A DNA stretch of 64,000 nt from Podarcis tiliguerta (lineage: Eukaryota), in assembly GCA_965153285.1 (NCBI GenBank), contig OZ229117.1, one strand, 5' to 3'. Positions 62,481 to 64,000 of the stretch are shown in pieces. Each line of letters opens with the position of its first letter. The stretch's first letter is position 1. The notes beneath the pieces are model-generated. The model worked only from the letters and a program-made list of their open reading frames with translations. It did not search any database and was not told the origin of the DNA. The translations under genes and the position numbers were made by a program.

Positions 62481-64000
62481 AAATAAAATCAGCTACCCTG
62501 GCTAGGGCTGATGGGAGTTGGAGTCCAACCACATTTGGAGGGGGACCCATTGTCTACCCCTGCCTTGTCCCTGACGGAGCTCTGTAGTTCACTTTCACTA
62601 GCAAAAGTTTCCACTGGGCCATGTTTTATTTATCATTGGTTCCTAACACACTTTATGGGCAGGAACGACACTGCTGTTATTGTATGTGCTGTAGAAACTG
62701 GCTCATGTGTGTGCTCTGATTATTTTGTTACTGACTACATTTCTTTTGCTATGCTATTTTTGCTTCTTAGGAGTGGGAAAATAGGTGAAACATGGTTAAA
62801 CATTATTTACAAATAGAAAGTTTTTTTTAAAAAAAATAATAATTTTAAAATGATGGTAAATCAAGACTGATAAAACCTTCCGATGACTCCCAAACCCCAC
62901 AGTCAGCATAAAGTCATGCCGCTAGCTAATAAAAGGCTGGCCTAAACAGGACCATCTTATTCTCTCTGCTGGTTGCGGGTTTTATTGTGGTGCTTTATGT
63001 ATTTTTGTCTTTTAAGATTCATTTCAAATTCCCTGCACATTGCCCATAGGACTGAGTTATGGGGTGAATAATAAATATAATAAATAAGTAAATAGAAGCA
63101 GACGGTGGAAAGTAAAAAGCTGAAGAGACCAGATGCAGCTCGCAGGGAGGAGAATTCCACAGTTGGGGTTGAGGTGGTTATTTATGCACCACCAAAAAGG
63201 AATACCCAGTTTTTCATAAAAACATGTGTGTTTTAATATAGATTATTAAAATACTTAGTATTTTAGTACTTAGAAGTAAGTACTATGGGTTCTACTCCAT
63301 ACTCTACCATAATCTTAGAGCACTCTTTTATGCCTTTAAATAAAGTCTTGGGGTTAGCACATGGGCTCGCAAAGAAAGTCTTGGAGACCCCTGGGAAATG
63401 TCGATGGTTAAGGATGCTGATCTTACAGAGCTACAATTCCCAACACTCTTAAACTACAGTTCCCAGGAGTCACCGTGAATGCTAATATGGTATAAAAGTG
63501 CTTTAAATGTATGGTGTGGATGTGACCTAAGTTCTACTCAAAGTAGACCCATTGAAATGAATGGATGAATGAATTTAAATAGAAATACAATGCCTCCCAT
63601 CATAGTGTGGGAAACTGCAACCAAACGACCTGCCTGTCGTAGCTGCGCCGTGTCCTTGGTTTGATTTGGATAGCGCCTTGATAACTTTTTGATCAAGTGG
63701 TTCATACCTTTTCCAAAATAGGAAGGCTTTCCTTTTTTCCTTTCTTTTGGCTTGGAGGGCTGTTTGGTGGGTAGCATTAAGCTGCCACGGTGTTAGAATT
63801 TTCATATTGAATTCATTTACTTCATTTAACTAACCTATTAGTGTTGCCTGCTTTGAGCTTTAGGGACGAGACAGGCTACAAATCCCAATAAATTTCAAAA
63901 CTGCATTTTCTCCCTAGAATTTCGACAGCTATATTTATGTGCATGCCTGTGTGCATGGGAGACGGAGAGAGAAGGGGGGGCATGGGGAGGGGGGAAGAAA

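Overview
Vertebrate nuclear DNA, almost certainly a squamate and most likely a lacertid lizard (Sauria SINE, Squam3-type CORE SINEs, BovB, lizard-type CR1/L2/L1/RTE LINEs, many MITEs). I found no convincing intact host protein-coding exon. The window looks like a large intron or gene desert in which transposon debris alternates with TE-free, homeodomain-motif-rich blocks resembling conserved enhancers. Main elements are a full-length but inactivated BovB LINE (2850-6049, 9-bp TSD), a young 5'-truncated CR1 LINE with an intact 973-codon ORF2 (13382-16659, minus) nested in an older CR1 inside a MITE, and an intronless TRIM (RFP/TRIM39-like) coiled-coil pseudogene fragment (~22525-22935). The strongest leads are RNA-level signals in the retrotransposons. 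(1) The 5' end of BovB threads onto an HDV/CPEB3-type self-cleaving ribozyme fold whose predicted cut site coincides with the element boundary. (2) The CR1 ORF1 ends in a U_UUA_AAC slippery heptamer that would shift ribosomes -1 directly into ORF2. A dense array of five nuclear-receptor half-sites (DR4-DR1-DR5-DR4) lies at 59438-59481. All family assignments are by eye from recalled consensus features, not database searches, and boundaries of old repeats are approximate.
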